The notes: generated by a model from the sequence alone, not told the origin. A DNA stretch of 64,000 nucleotides from Minisyncoccota bacterium (GCA_046350775.1 JAXLZS010000001.1:545838-609837); one strand, 5' to 3'; numbered from the stretch's first letter, positions 21,532 to 31,765 are shown. Made by a program: numbers and translations.

Positions 21532-21547
21532 TTCTGAAAAATTTTTT

Positions 21548-21577
21548 AAAAAGCGGTATACGGTGCCGCTTTTTTTA
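21548..21577 (+). terminator. Intrinsic terminator
   Basis: AAAAAGCGGTAT-ACG-GTGCCGCTTTTTTT. Confidence 0.8.
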
Positions 21578-21689
21578 TTTGCTAAAAATATCATTTTGTA
21601 TTATAATAGCTATCTATTAATAAAAAATAAGTTAGGTGCTAGTACCAGATGTCGCTGGGAAATATATGCACTCTAAAAAAGATAAGTTT

Positions 21690-22157
21690 ATGCGACGTCC
21701 CGTCAAAAATAGAAACGTGGTCAAAAGCGATCTTCGCTATGACAATGTAAAGGTTTCAAAGTTTATTAATTATATAATGCAAAATGGTAAAAAAACTGTA
21801 GCACAAAAAATAGTCTACGGTGCTTTTGATATAATCAAAGAGCAAACCAAAAAAGATGCTCTTGAATTATTTGAGCTTGCCCTCAAAAACGCAGGTCCAA
21901 CAGTCGAAGTGAGAAGTAAAAGAGTCGGAGGATCAAATTATCAGATCCCAGTAGAAGTTCGTGACTCCAGAAAATTCTTATTAGCTTCACGTTGGTTAAT
22001 CGATGCTGCTAGAGGAAAAAAGGGAAAGCCTATGCATGAAAAGCTTGCTGAAGAATTATTGCTCGCTTCAAATAATGAAGGTTCAGCAGTAAAGAAAAAA
22101 GAAGATGTACACAAGATGGCAGAGTCAAACAAAGCCTTTGCACACTTTGCAAGATAA
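21690..22157 (+). CDS. rpsG: 30S ribosomal protein S7
   Basis: MRR start at 21690; GKK.VAQ, EVRSKRVGG.NYQ.P.EV, HKMAESNKAFAHF. Confidence 0.98.
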   Translation: MRRPVKNRNVVKSDLRYDNVKVSKFINYIMQNGKKTVAQKIVYGAFDIIKEQTKKDALELFELALKNAGPTVEVRSKRVGGSNYQIPVEVRDSRKFLLASRWLIDAARGKKGKPMHEKLAEELLLASNNEGSAVKKKEDVHKMAESNKAFAHFAR

Positions 22158-22193
22158 TTATTAAACAAATAAAAACAAAAATAAAATATATTT

Positions 22194-24338
22194 ATGTCTA
22201 GAGATTATCCATTAAATAAAGTTCGTAATTTTGGTGTGATTGCACATATTGATGCCGGAAAGACTACAACTTCTGAAAGAGTCCTCTTTTACACAGGTGT
22301 TTCTCACAAGATCGGTGAAGTTCATGAGGGTGAGGCTACAATGGACTGGATGGAGCAAGAAAGAGAAAGAGGTATCACAATTACTTCTGCTGCTACCACA
22401 GCTTTTTGGTCACCTACATATATGCCAAAGGGTGATGATTCAAAGAAATGTCGTTTTAATATTATCGACACTCCTGGTCACATTGACTTTACAATTGAAG
22501 TAAAGAGATCACTTCGTGTTCTCGATGGTGCGGTCGTAGTATTTGACTCTGTAGCAGGAGTAGAGCCTCAATCAGAGACAAACTGGAGATATGCAAACGA
22601 TGCTAATGTGCCACGTATTTGTTTTGTGAATAAATTAGACAGAATGGGAGGAAGTTATGACAAATCATATCAATCAATCCTAGACAGACTTTCTAAAAAA
22701 GCTGTCAGAATGCAAATCCCTGTAGGAGAAGAAGAAAATTTTTCTGCTATTATCGATCTTCTAAATCTTAAATATGTGACTTTTGTAGGAGATAAAGGAA
22801 AGGATGTTGTTTATGAAGATATTCCTGCTGAATTTGCAGAAATTGTAAAGACAAGACGTGCTGAAATGATTGAAAAGATTGTCGAGACAGATGAAAATAT
22901 GATGACAGCGTATCTTGAAGGAAAAGAATTTACAGTTGAAGAACTAAAAAATACAATCAGAAAAGCTGTGATTGCTAATGAGCTCTTCCCAGTATATTGC
23001 GGATCAGCTCTTAAAAATAAAGGAGTACAGCTCGTACTAGATGCGGTCGTTGATTTTCTACCATCACCACTCGATATTGCAAAGCCTCATGGTATTGATC
23101 CAAGAACAGGAGAAAAAATTGAATTAGAAGTTTCTGATACAGCTCCTCTTGCGGCTCTTGCTTTCAAGCTTGCTACTGACCCATTCGTAGGACAATTAGT
23201 ATTTATCCGTGTATATTCTGGTACTCTTGAGGCTGGATCATATATTTACAATGCTACAAAAGATAAAAAAGAAAGAATTGGACGTATTCTTCGTATGCAC
23301 GCAAACGATAGAGAAGAAGTAAAAACTGTCTATGCAGGAGAAATCGCTGCAGCGGTAGGTCTAAAAGATACAGTGACTTCAGACACACTTTGTAATGAAG
23401 ACAGTCCTGTAATTCTAGAAAAGATTGTGATCCCAGAATCTGTGATCTCTATGCGTATCGAGCCAAAAACAAAAGCTGATCAAGAAAAAATGGGTCTCGC
23501 TTTATCAAAGCTTGCTATCGAAGATCCTACATTCAGAGTATCTTCTGATCCAGAGACAAATGAGACAATTATCTCAGGAATGGGCGAGCTTCATCTTGAT
23601 ATTATCGTAGACAGAATGAAAAGAGAATTTAATGTAGAAGCTACAACAGGCAAGCCTCAAGTAGCCTACAAAGAGACAATCAAAGGTTCTGCTGATGGTG
23701 AAGGAAAATATATCAAGCAATCAGGAGGTCGTGGACAATATGGACATGTCAGACTAAAGATCAAGCCTATTGACTACACAATCAAAGATGAAGATCTTCC
23801 AAAAAATATCAAGAGATACGATCACTTTGAGTTTATCAACTCTATTAAAGGTGGAGCCATCCCTCAAGAATATATCCCAGCTGTAGAAAAAGGTCTTCGT
23901 GAGTCTATGGACAGAGGTACTCTTGCTGGATTCAAGATGGTGGATGTATCTTGTGAAGTTTATGATGGATCATTCCACGAAGTAGACTCATCAGAAATCG
24001 CTTTCAAGCTTGCAGCTGCAATGGCACTCCAAGATGCTGTATCACGCGCAAAGCCTGTGATTCTTGAGCCTATCATGAAAGTAGAAGTTATCACTCCAGA
24101 TAAGTTCTATGGAGACATTACAGGAAATCTTTCAAGTAAGCGTGGACAAATAGAAGGAATGGACGAAAGAGGAATGGATAAAGTTATCAGAGCAAAAGTT
24201 CCACTATCAGAAATGTTTGGATACATGACCAATCTTCGCTCTATGACAGAAGGTCGTGCATCGTTTACAATGGAGTTTTCACATTATGATGTCGTGCCAG
24301 CAAGTATAGCAAAAGAAATTCAGGATTCCAGAAAGTAA
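22194..24338 (+). CDS. fusA: Elongation factor G
   Basis: [42 protein letters not shown]. Confidence 0.99.
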   Translation: MSRDYPLNKVRNFGVIAHIDAGKTTTSERVLFYTGVSHKIGEVHEGEATMDWMEQERERGITITSAATTAFWSPTYMPKGDDSKKCRFNIIDTPGHIDFTIEVKRSLRVLDGAVVVFDSVAGVEPQSETNWRYANDANVPRICFVNKLDRMGGSYDKSYQSILDRLSKKAVRMQIPVGEEENFSAIIDLLNLKYVTFVGDKGKDVVYEDIPAEFAEIVKTRRAEMIEKIVETDENMMTAYLEGKEFTVEELKNTIRKAVIANELFPVYCGSALKNKGVQLVLDAVVDFLPSPLDIAKPHGIDPRTGEKIELEVSDTAPLAALAFKLATDPFVGQLVFIRVYSGTLEAGSYIYNATKDKKERIGRILRMHANDREEVKTVYAGEIAAAVGLKDTVTSDTLCNEDSPVILEKIVIPESVISMRIEPKTKADQEKMGLALSKLAIEDPTFRVSSDPETNETIISGMGELHLDIIVDRMKREFNVEATTGKPQVAYKETIKGSADGEGKYIKQSGGRGQYGHVRLKIKPIDYTIKDEDLPKNIKRYDHFEFINSIKGGAIPQEYIPAVEKGLRESMDRGTLAGFKMVDVSCEVYDGSFHEVDSSEIAFKLAAAMALQDAVSRAKPVILEPIMKVEVITPDKFYGDITGNLSSKRGQIEGMDERGMDKVIRAKVPLSEMFGYMTNLRSMTEGRASFTMEFSHYDVVPASIAKEIQDSRK

Positions 24339-24344
24339 TTTAGA

Positions 24345-24378
24345 TTAAAAAACCTCTCATTTTCGAGAGGTTTTTTAA
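24345..24378 (+). terminator. Intrinsic terminator after fusA
   Basis: AAAAAACCTCTC...GAGAGGTTTTTT. Confidence 0.85.
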
Positions 24379-24406
24379 TGTTATAATTTTTATATAAAAT
24401 TAAATT

Positions 24407-25387
24407 ATGCCTCCTTTTCCTCCTATTTTTGCTTATGTTTTTTTTGGATTTCTTTGGTTTATAGAGGTGATTTTTACTCTTTTTGTTGTTACTATACCAG
24501 CCAGTGAAGTCATTGCTATTTTTAGTGATATTTTGATCCTTTTGTGGCTATGGATGCGTCTTGGTCCATCACTGATAACAAAATTTAGAAATCCAAAAGC
24601 CAATAAAAAATTTATTAGAAGGTTTCTTACTCAGACTATAGGAGAACTTATACCAATAATAGATCTTTTTCCTTGGAATGTTTGGTTTATATATAAACAG
24701 TATAAGGATGAGGTAGCTGAATATCATAATAAAGTCGCAAAATTAGATGCTAAAAATCAAGAAATAGAAGAAAATAATAAAGATATAGAAGAGGGGGATA
24801 AAGAAATAAAAGAAGAAATAGAAAAGCAAAAATTACAAGAAAAAATTCAAGAAGAGATAGATTCAGATAATCAAGTGAGAGACATGAGGGCGGTATCCAA
24901 TTTTACTGGAGTAGGGCAATGGATGACAAGAAACAAAAGGGTCTCAGCTGGTAATCCTGATCTTGATCGACAAATAAATAATGCTAAAAGAAAAGAAAAG
25001 GAAGCAAGAATTAAAAAAGAAGATCTGCCGTATGAGATGAGACTCGGTGAACAGCTAGAGAATCCAGAATCATTGACTGACAAGCAGACTAATTATAGTA
25101 AATTTGAGACATATGAAGCTGAAAGAAAAAGATTGGAAGATATAAAAAAGCAAAAGATATTAGAGCAAAAAGAAAAAGATAAAGTCACACAAGTAAAAGT
25201 GAGACAGATGACTGAAGCTTTTGCTGATCAAAAAGCTAAAGAAGCAGAGAGAAAGTATGGTGAGTCTGCAAATCTTGTAGTAAGACTAAAAGATAGAGCC
25301 CAAAAAGCAAAAAGTGATCAAAATGGAGGTGACGGATTGATTGGTTTTAATGACGGAGAAGACCAAGAAATGGATATAGCAGCCTAG
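24407..25387 (+). CDS. Hypothetical membrane protein with coiled-coil tail
   Basis: N-terminal TM segments, ELIP.ID.FPW motif, charged C-terminus. Confidence 0.7.
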   Translation: MPPFPPIFAYVFFGFLWFIEVIFTLFVVTIPASEVIAIFSDILILLWLWMRLGPSLITKFRNPKANKKFIRRFLTQTIGELIPIIDLFPWNVWFIYKQYKDEVAEYHNKVAKLDAKNQEIEENNKDIEEGDKEIKEEIEKQKLQEKIQEEIDSDNQVRDMRAVSNFTGVGQWMTRNKRVSAGNPDLDRQINNAKRKEKEARIKKEDLPYEMRLGEQLENPESLTDKQTNYSKFETYEAERKRLEDIKKQKILEQKEKDKVTQVKVRQMTEAFADQKAKEAERKYGESANLVVRLKDRAQKAKSDQNGGDGLIGFNDGEDQEMDIAA

Positions 25388-25492
25388 CTTTTTGTTAAGA
25401 AATATATTTGACAAATAAAAATAGATATTATATACTATAGATATCTTATAAAATATAAGTTAAGGTGGCTATAAGACCAAAATTATAAATAT

Positions 25493-26209
25493 ATGAAAAA
25501 AATTTTCACAAAAATAATCACAGCTTACATTATCATAGCTTCACTCGCTATAGTTTTGAAAGTTGGTGATAATATGATCGCAAAAGCTGATGTTTTATCT
25601 TCACAAAATTGTGGATATAATACTGGCTGGATTTGGAACGGTACACAATGTGTAAATACTTGTGATCAAAATCATCCTTGGGATCCCGTAAATCAGAGAT
25701 GTTCTAATGGATATGGCTATTATGGTAATTCATACGGATATGTTCCTGGTAATTCAAATTATATGGGATCATGTGACGCATATGGAAGTAATTTTTACTG
25801 GACAGGATCTGTCTGTGCACAGATAGTACCAGGACAAAATTATCCTTATCAAGGATCAAATCCTTATAATGGTGGATATACTTATATAAATGATAATTAT
25901 AATTATTACAATTATCCAACATATCAAATTCAAAGTGTGCCTGTAAATAATACTGTCTACAATCTATCAAATAATTATCCTTACAATAATTACAATTATT
26001 GTGACAACTCTTGTTGGCATGATCCAGCACCAAAAGTCACTACTACTTATCAGGTCTATACTTATACTACTATTTCACAACCTAGCTATCCAAATTATTT
26101 CTATTTAGGATCAAATTCTAGTCAATATTACAATGATTATTTAGATTGTAATTATCTTGATTATAGAAATCTTGGTTACTATGATATTTACGGATACTAT
26201 CACTACTAA
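25493..26209 (+). CDS. Secreted Tyr/Asn/Cys-rich hypothetical protein
   Basis: MKK signal peptide; W.G..C motifs; low-complexity Y/N tail. Confidence 0.7.
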   Translation: MKKIFTKIITAYIIIASLAIVLKVGDNMIAKADVLSSQNCGYNTGWIWNGTQCVNTCDQNHPWDPVNQRCSNGYGYYGNSYGYVPGNSNYMGSCDAYGSNFYWTGSVCAQIVPGQNYPYQGSNPYNGGYTYINDNYNYYNYPTYQIQSVPVNNTVYNLSNNYPYNNYNYCDNSCWHDPAPKVTTTYQVYTYTTISQPSYPNYFYLGSNSSQYYNDYLDCNYLDYRNLGYYDIYGYYHY

Positions 26210-26229
26210 AAATAAATAAAAATATTTTT

Positions 26230-26263
26230 CAAACCTCTCTTTATAAAGAGAGGTTTGTTTTTT
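26230..26263 (+). terminator. Intrinsic terminator
   Basis: CAAACCTCTCTTT-AT-AAAGAGAGGTTTG followed by a T run. Confidence 0.8.
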
Positions 26264-26293
26264 AATGATATAATATTCTTGATATAAATCATT

Positions 26294-29080
26294 ATGCCCG
26301 ATCAATTTTCTCAAGAAGTTGGAATAAATGGTAGCGAGCCACGCTTTTCTTCTCCGGAAGAAGAGATAAGATTTTTGCGTCAAGAGATAGAAAAAAGAAG
26401 AGATATAACCAAAAATTTTGGTGACAGAATCTCTAAAGAGGATCATGCTAGAGATGTCCTCAGAGCTCACGTATCACAACCTCCTCAGTCTGTTTTGCCT
26501 GGCCAGTATCAGATGCAAAATTATGAAAAGAAAAAACTACTTCAAGATCTAGAGGTAAAGTCTACTGACGAGCAAGTATCCGATCTTGTCTCTCTTATGC
26601 TTGATAAGGGTATACACAATACTATAGAAATAGTCAGGGAAAATAAAAATAAAGAAGTGGAATCAGATTTTCATCGCTTTCTCATAAATTATTTGCTGCT
26701 GCCTCATGAAGAAAAATTAGAAAAAAGTCTTAGCAAGACAGAATGGAAAGCTCTACATCTCAGACTCTACGAGATAGTGTTGCCAGAAAGCAAAGAAAAA
26801 GGTGAGACAAAAAATGCAAAAGAATTTATAGCTTTCATGGAGCAATTTTATGCCAGTATGTTAAGTATTTCTAGCGATATAAATAATAAAGAAAATAATT
26901 ATTATACTCTTGAGATTGCTAAACCAAATAATTCAAATGAAGTATCATTTTTTGTATCAGTTTTAAATGAAGTAGCAGATCTTTTTGAGAAGACACTTTT
27001 TGGTCTTTTTCCAGATGCGATAATCAGGTACTCAAAAGAAGACTATAATATTTTTTCTGAGACAGGATTTCAGCTTTCTGCTTATGCATCTCCGGTCAAG
27101 ACTTCCGCATTGCCATTTCGTACTTATGACAGTATGGAAGGGGATCCGATTTCTCTTATCATTTCAGCTTTTACAAAATTACAAAAGACAGGTGAGGGCG
27201 CAGCTCTTCAAATAGTCGTCCGCCCAGCAGGTGATAAGTTTTTCAAAAAATATTCTGAGATGGTCAATAGTCTTCGCAAAGGTGACACTTTAAAAAGAGT
27301 TTTAGATAGAGAGTCTTTTATAAAAGATTTTATTTCAACTTTTAAAGAATCAAATAAGTCAAAAGAAGAGATAGAAAAAGAAAAAGCAAAACCTAAAAAG
27401 ATAGAAGATGAAAAAGCTGAAAAAAATATAAGCAAAAAAATAGAATCTACCATACTAGATACAAATCTTCGTCTTGTGGTAAATGCTCCTGACCTCACTA
27501 GAGCCAAGAGTATTTTAAATGAGCTCGCCTCTACTTTTATGCAATATTCAGAAGCTGATGGAAACTCTCTTCAATTTAAGATGGTAGAAGGAAAAAGATT
27601 AAATGAAGTCATACATAATTATATTTATCGTTTTTGGGATGAAGATCAAAGTCTTCCTCTAAATTTTAAAGAATTGGCTACTTTTTATCATCTACCAAGC
27701 TATGTAAAAAATTATAATCAGCTCAATAAAGTCGATGCTACTTCTGCTCCAGCTCCGATGGATCTGCCACAGACAGGACTCTTTTTAGGTGTAAATGAAT
27801 ATAGACATCTAAAGACAGATATCTATTTGCCTGAGGCAGATAGACTTCGTCATATGTATATCATCGGTCAGACAGGTACAGGTAAGTCTGTCATGCTGGT
27901 CAACTCTATAATCCAAGATATTATAAATGGTCACGGTTGCTGCTTTATAGATCCGCATGGAGATGATATTTTAAAAATTTTAGGAAATATTCCAAAAGAA
28001 AGATGGGATGATGTGATCTATTTTGATCCTGCTGATACTGAGATGCCATTTGGTCTCAATATGCTTGAGTTTGATCCTATGAGGCCTGAGCAAAAGACAT
28101 TTGTGATCAATGAACTATTTTCTATCTTTAAAAAGCTTTTTGCTGAAGCTAGTCCAGAGTCTATGGGTCCAGCCTTTGAGCAGTATTTTAGAAATTCAGC
28201 AGCTCTTGTCATGGAGCATCCAGAGAGCGGTTGTACACTTTTTGATATTTCAAGAGTGCTTTCAGATGCTGATTATCGTGATTATAAATTGGCCCATTCC
28301 AAAAATCCTATTATCAATCAATTTTTCAAAAACGCTCTAGCTACAAGTGGTGAGCAAGGTTTTGAAAACTATGTGCCATACATCACGAATAAATTCGACA
28401 TCTTTACCTCAAATGAAATTATGCGTCCAATCATAGGACAGGAAAGATCTTCATTTAATATTAGTGAGATTATGGATAATAAAAAGATCCTTTTAGTAAA
28501 TCTATCAAAGGGTAGATTGGGTGATATTAATGCTTATTTGATTGGCCTCATACTTGTAGGAAAGTTTTTGATGGCAGCTTTAGGAAGAGAGGATTTAGAA
28601 AACAAGCCTCCATTTTATCTATATCTAGATGAATTCCAAAATGTAGCTACCAAATCCATCTCCGCTATTCTTTCTGAGGCGAGAAAGTATAAACTTTCTC
28701 TCATCATGGCTCATCAATATATCAAGCAGCTTCCAGAAGATATAAAAGGTGCGGTCTTTGGAAACGTCGGTAGTAAAATAGTATTTCGTATTTCAGAAGA
28801 TGATGCGAAAGCTCTCGAAGCCAGCTTTGCTCCGACCTTTACTTACACTGATATTATGAAGATAGCAACTTTTAATGCTTACGCTGCACTTCTCATAAAA
28901 GGATATCCTCAAAAGCCATTCAATATAAAAGAAGAATATTTTGCTGATAGGAGTATGCCTTATGCCCCAAAGCCAAATCCTGACACCATCAACGCCATAA
29001 AGATTTTGAGTAAAGAGAAATATGGTAGACCAAGAAGAGAAGTGGAAGATGAGATAATGAGGAAGTTTAGTTTTAATTAA
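26294..29080 (+). CDS. VirD4/TraM/TrwB-like type IV coupling ATPase (FtsK-HerA superfamily)
   Basis: RHMYIIGQTGTGKS (Walker A), IDPHGD, LYLDEFQN (Walker B), LSEARKY.L....AHQY..QL. Confidence 0.85.
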   Translation: MPDQFSQEVGINGSEPRFSSPEEEIRFLRQEIEKRRDITKNFGDRISKEDHARDVLRAHVSQPPQSVLPGQYQMQNYEKKKLLQDLEVKSTDEQVSDLVSLMLDKGIHNTIEIVRENKNKEVESDFHRFLINYLLLPHEEKLEKSLSKTEWKALHLRLYEIVLPESKEKGETKNAKEFIAFMEQFYASMLSISSDINNKENNYYTLEIAKPNNSNEVSFFVSVLNEVADLFEKTLFGLFPDAIIRYSKEDYNIFSETGFQLSAYASPVKTSALPFRTYDSMEGDPISLIISAFTKLQKTGEGAALQIVVRPAGDKFFKKYSEMVNSLRKGDTLKRVLDRESFIKDFISTFKESNKSKEEIEKEKAKPKKIEDEKAEKNISKKIESTILDTNLRLVVNAPDLTRAKSILNELASTFMQYSEADGNSLQFKMVEGKRLNEVIHNYIYRFWDEDQSLPLNFKELATFYHLPSYVKNYNQLNKVDATSAPAPMDLPQTGLFLGVNEYRHLKTDIYLPEADRLRHMYIIGQTGTGKSVMLVNSIIQDIINGHGCCFIDPHGDDILKILGNIPKERWDDVIYFDPADTEMPFGLNMLEFDPMRPEQKTFVINELFSIFKKLFAEASPESMGPAFEQYFRNSAALVMEHPESGCTLFDISRVLSDADYRDYKLAHSKNPIINQFFKNALATSGEQGFENYVPYITNKFDIFTSNEIMRPIIGQERSSFNISEIMDNKKILLVNLSKGRLGDINAYLIGLILVGKFLMAALGREDLENKPPFYLYLDEFQNVATKSISAILSEARKYKLSLIMAHQYIKQLPEDIKGAVFGNVGSKIVFRISEDDAKALEASFAPTFTYTDIMKIATFNAYAALLIKGYPQKPFNIKEEYFADRSMPYAPKPNPDTINAIKILSKEKYGRPRREVEDEIMRKFSFN

Positions 29081-29082
29081 AA

Positions 29083-29448
29083 ATGAAAGAAAACGAACCT
29101 AAAAATAATTATAAAAAATTGTTTAACCTTTCAAGACAGTTAAGAAAAGACCAAACCAATTCGGAAGATATTGTTTGGTTTGCTTTAAGAAATAGAAAAA
29201 TATTTGATTTAAAATTTTCTAGACAAAAAATATTTGGTGAATTTATTGTAGATTTTTATTGTGCAAGACTAGGTCTTGTTTTAGAAATAGACGGAGAGAT
29301 ACACGAATCTCAAAAAGAGCATGATCAAGAAAGAGAAAATTATTTAATAAATAATTACAATTTAAAGATTTTGAGAATTAAAAATTCTGAAATTGATGAA
29401 TCGACAATATTTGAATTATTAGAAAATAAAATAAAGAAATACTTGTGA
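29083..29448 (+). CDS. DUF559 (Vsr-like PD-(D/E)xK) endonuclease
   Basis: R.LRK.QT.SE...W..LR.R.....KF.RQ.....IVDFYC....LV.EIDG..H......D..R. Confidence 0.9.
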   Translation: MKENEPKNNYKKLFNLSRQLRKDQTNSEDIVWFALRNRKIFDLKFSRQKIFGEFIVDFYCARLGLVLEIDGEIHESQKEHDQERENYLINNYNLKILRIKNSEIDESTIFELLENKIKKYL

Positions 29449-29466
29449 GTATTTCTTTATTAATTT

Positions 29467-29560
29467 ACTCACCCCAATATCTGCGATATTACCCCTCTCT
29501 AAAAATATTTTCTAAAATATTTTTAGAGAGGGGTCGAATACGAAGTATTCGGGGGAGAGT
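29467..29560. repeat. GC-rich multi-hairpin palindromic element (four-way junction)
   Basis: Nested inverted repeats, including a perfect 20-bp arm ACCCCTCTCTAAAAATATTT / AAATATTTTTAGAGAGGGGT. Confidence 0.8.
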
Positions 29561-30151
29561 TTATCTACTTGCTCTTTCTACGTATTCACCTGATTCTGTA
29601 TTTATTATAATATTGTCTCCTTCTTCGATAAATAGGGGAGCAGTGACTTGAGCTCCAGTCTCAAGAGTCACTAATTTTCCACTGGAGTTGCCAGCAGTAT
29701 TTCCTTTGATTGATGGAGGTGCTGAGGTGACTTTGAGAGATAGCTTTATTGGTAGACCAATACCGATAATTGTCTCTTCATCATCGTCGTCTGTAAATAT
29801 TTTTGCATCTACCACAGAATCAGCTTTCATAAATTTTATCTGATCACCGATCACTTCACTAGGAATAGTAAATCTTTTTGATGGATCTTTTATTTCGCAA
29901 AACCAATTTTCTCCTTTGTTGGTATAAAGATATTTTACTTCTTTTTTAGATATATCAGCCTCATCTACCATGTCAGAAGCATGAAATGTAGCAGGTATCA
30001 CTTTTCCATTAATCAAGTTTCTTAATTTTACTTGATTTTGTGGTTTTCTTTGTTGGGTTCTAGCCACATGGTACTCGAGCACCTCGTACGGTGCGTCATC
30101 ATAGATGATGAATTTTCTAGGTTTGATTTCATTATATTCTAGTTTTGCCAT
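29561..30151 (-). CDS. efp: Elongation factor P
   Basis: KLRNL..G, YLY, LP....L.V...PP..KG.T, K.VTLETG....APLFI.EGD...INT..GEYV.RA. Confidence 0.92.
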   Translation of the reverse strand: MAKLEYNEIKPRKFIIYDDAPYEVLEYHVARTQQRKPQNQVKLRNLINGKVIPATFHASDMVDEADISKKEVKYLYTNKGENWFCEIKDPSKRFTIPSEVIGDQIKFMKADSVVDAKIFTDDDDEETIIGIGLPIKLSLKVTSAPPSIKGNTAGNSSGKLVTLETGAQVTAPLFIEEGDNIIINTESGEYVERASR

Positions 30152-30216
30152 AATTTTTAATATTTAAAATTCTATAATGTTCTTGATTTTATCATATAAA
30201 TTGATTTTTATAAAAT

Positions 30217-30277
30217 AAAAAAAATGGGGCCAGGATAGAAATCCAGCCCCTCAAATCCAATATCCTATGAAAAACCT
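30217..30277 (-). ncRNA. Predicted ~60-nt stand-alone small RNA
   Basis: Promoter TTGCAA-17-TATAGT with TG extension on the minus strand (30311..30283). Terminator GGGGCTGGAT-TTCT-ATCCTGGCCCC-A-T8. No ORF on that strand. Confidence 0.65.
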
Positions 30278-30466
30278 CTAAGACTATAGCATGTATTTTA
30301 TAAAATTGCAAGTCTGGGTTTTATTTAGTTTTCCACTTGACATTTTAGCTTTAATTTGCTATACTATATATAGTAAATTTGTATATAAAAATAAAAAAAT
30401 AACTCTATATATAAAAAAATAATTCTTTAAAAACAATTTAAATAAAAACAATAAAAATCATTAACG

Positions 30467-31765
30467 ATGAAACATCAAACTCTGATTTTCCTATTGGCAT
30501 CAGTGATGTTGATAGTAGGATTTTCTTGCGGTTGCAAGAAAGAACCGGCACCAGTGGTGCCCCACACTTACACTGTAAGTTTTAATGTGAACGGTGGAAA
30601 TGGCTCTATAGCTTCTCAATCAGTAACAGCAGGCAATTCATTTACTTTTCCAAGTGGCTCCAGTTTAACCTACACAGGCTACACTTTCCAAAGTTGGAAT
30701 ACTTCTGCTGATGGTACTGGTACGAGTTACAATGCTGGTAGTACTTTTGTACCGACAGGTAATATCACTTTCTTTGCTATTTGGCAAAAGAATGCCCCTG
30801 TTTATACCGCTGTCATCAGTAGTACAGGGACTTATGATGCTAGTACTACTGCAGTAGATAAAGTTTTACTTGGTCGCTCTGTAGCAAAGGCGTTCGTACT
30901 GAATGTGACGACAGCAGGTACAGCAAAGATTGATGTTATTGGTAGCCTGTCAAATAGTAATCCAGCGATTGCTGAATACTGGATAAATACTATCGACAAT
31001 ACTGATCTGAATGTTGCCGCAAGTACACTAAATGCTACAAAAGTAGCTATTACATCCTCCTCATTTACTGTAAAGTTGAATGTAGGTATCAACGTAATTT
31101 GCTTTAAAACAGTAGCGTACAGTGGAAGTATTGCAAACGGAGTGTTGGTTGGTCTCAAAGTTACCGGAGCAAACGAATTCACTTTAGCAAATGCAAGTTA
31201 TACTGCAGATGCAAGTTACAATGTTGCAGCTGTTCAAAAGCAGGAACATAAGACGAACAATACTGTGACTGTATCAGCAAACACAGAAAGTGATAATGGC
31301 GGTTGGGGGATTATTCAACTTACTCCATACAGTGATGAAGCTGGTACCGTTTATGACGGTACTTTGTATCCGAAGATTTTAAGTTTAACACTTCGTACAA
31401 CTCCTGATTGGAGTACTGGTGATACTACAGGTTGGAGTAAATTGGATTTTACCAACGCACGCGGAACAAGTGGGCAATATTTTGATTTAAAGCAAGACAA
31501 TTCTACTACAGGGTCGTCCTTTGTGTTTTCTAATTCAAATGCTTTTTTTTCAAATAATAGTCTACAATTTCAGTTGAGTAACGCAGCTCAATTAAATAAA
31601 TCATTTATGGGTAATTATTCTTTTATAATTTTACACTTAAATGTATTTAATACAAATCCGAATCCATTTGGTTCTGCTAATGTTTCGTTCGTTTACAAAT
31701 CTGTGAAGTATGTTGGCAATCCTGAAACTTGGGTTTACAACACTGCTGGTGTAAGAGTTCAGTAA
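30467..31765 (+). CDS. Putative lipoprotein with InlB B (Flg_new) repeat
   Basis: Lipobox-like FSCGCKK; YTVSFNVNGG.G...GYTF.SWNT.ADGTGTSY...AIW. Confidence 0.75.
   Translation: MKHQTLIFLLASVMLIVGFSCGCKKEPAPVVPHTYTVSFNVNGGNGSIASQSVTAGNSFTFPSGSSLTYTGYTFQSWNTSADGTGTSYNAGSTFVPTGNITFFAIWQKNAPVYTAVISSTGTYDASTTAVDKVLLGRSVAKAFVLNVTTAGTAKIDVIGSLSNSNPAIAEYWINTIDNTDLNVAASTLNATKVAITSSSFTVKLNVGINVICFKTVAYSGSIANGVLVGLKVTGANEFTLANASYTADASYNVAAVQKQEHKTNNTVTVSANTESDNGGWGIIQLTPYSDEAGTVYDGTLYPKILSLTLRTTPDWSTGDTTGWSKLDFTNARGTSGQYFDLKQDNSTTGSSFVFSNSNAFFSNNSLQFQLSNAAQLNKSFMGNYSFIILHLNVFNTNPNPFGSANVSFVYKSVKYVGNPETWVYNTAGVRVQ

Noticed and set aside
29445-29651. 68-aa ORF after DUF559
   Set aside because: It runs through the palindromic element and overlaps efp on the opposite strand.
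30267-30281. Plus-strand mini-ORF ATG AAA AAC CTC TAA (MKNL)
   Set aside because: The promoter and terminator are both oriented on the minus strand, so it is better explained as the complement of the sRNA seed.
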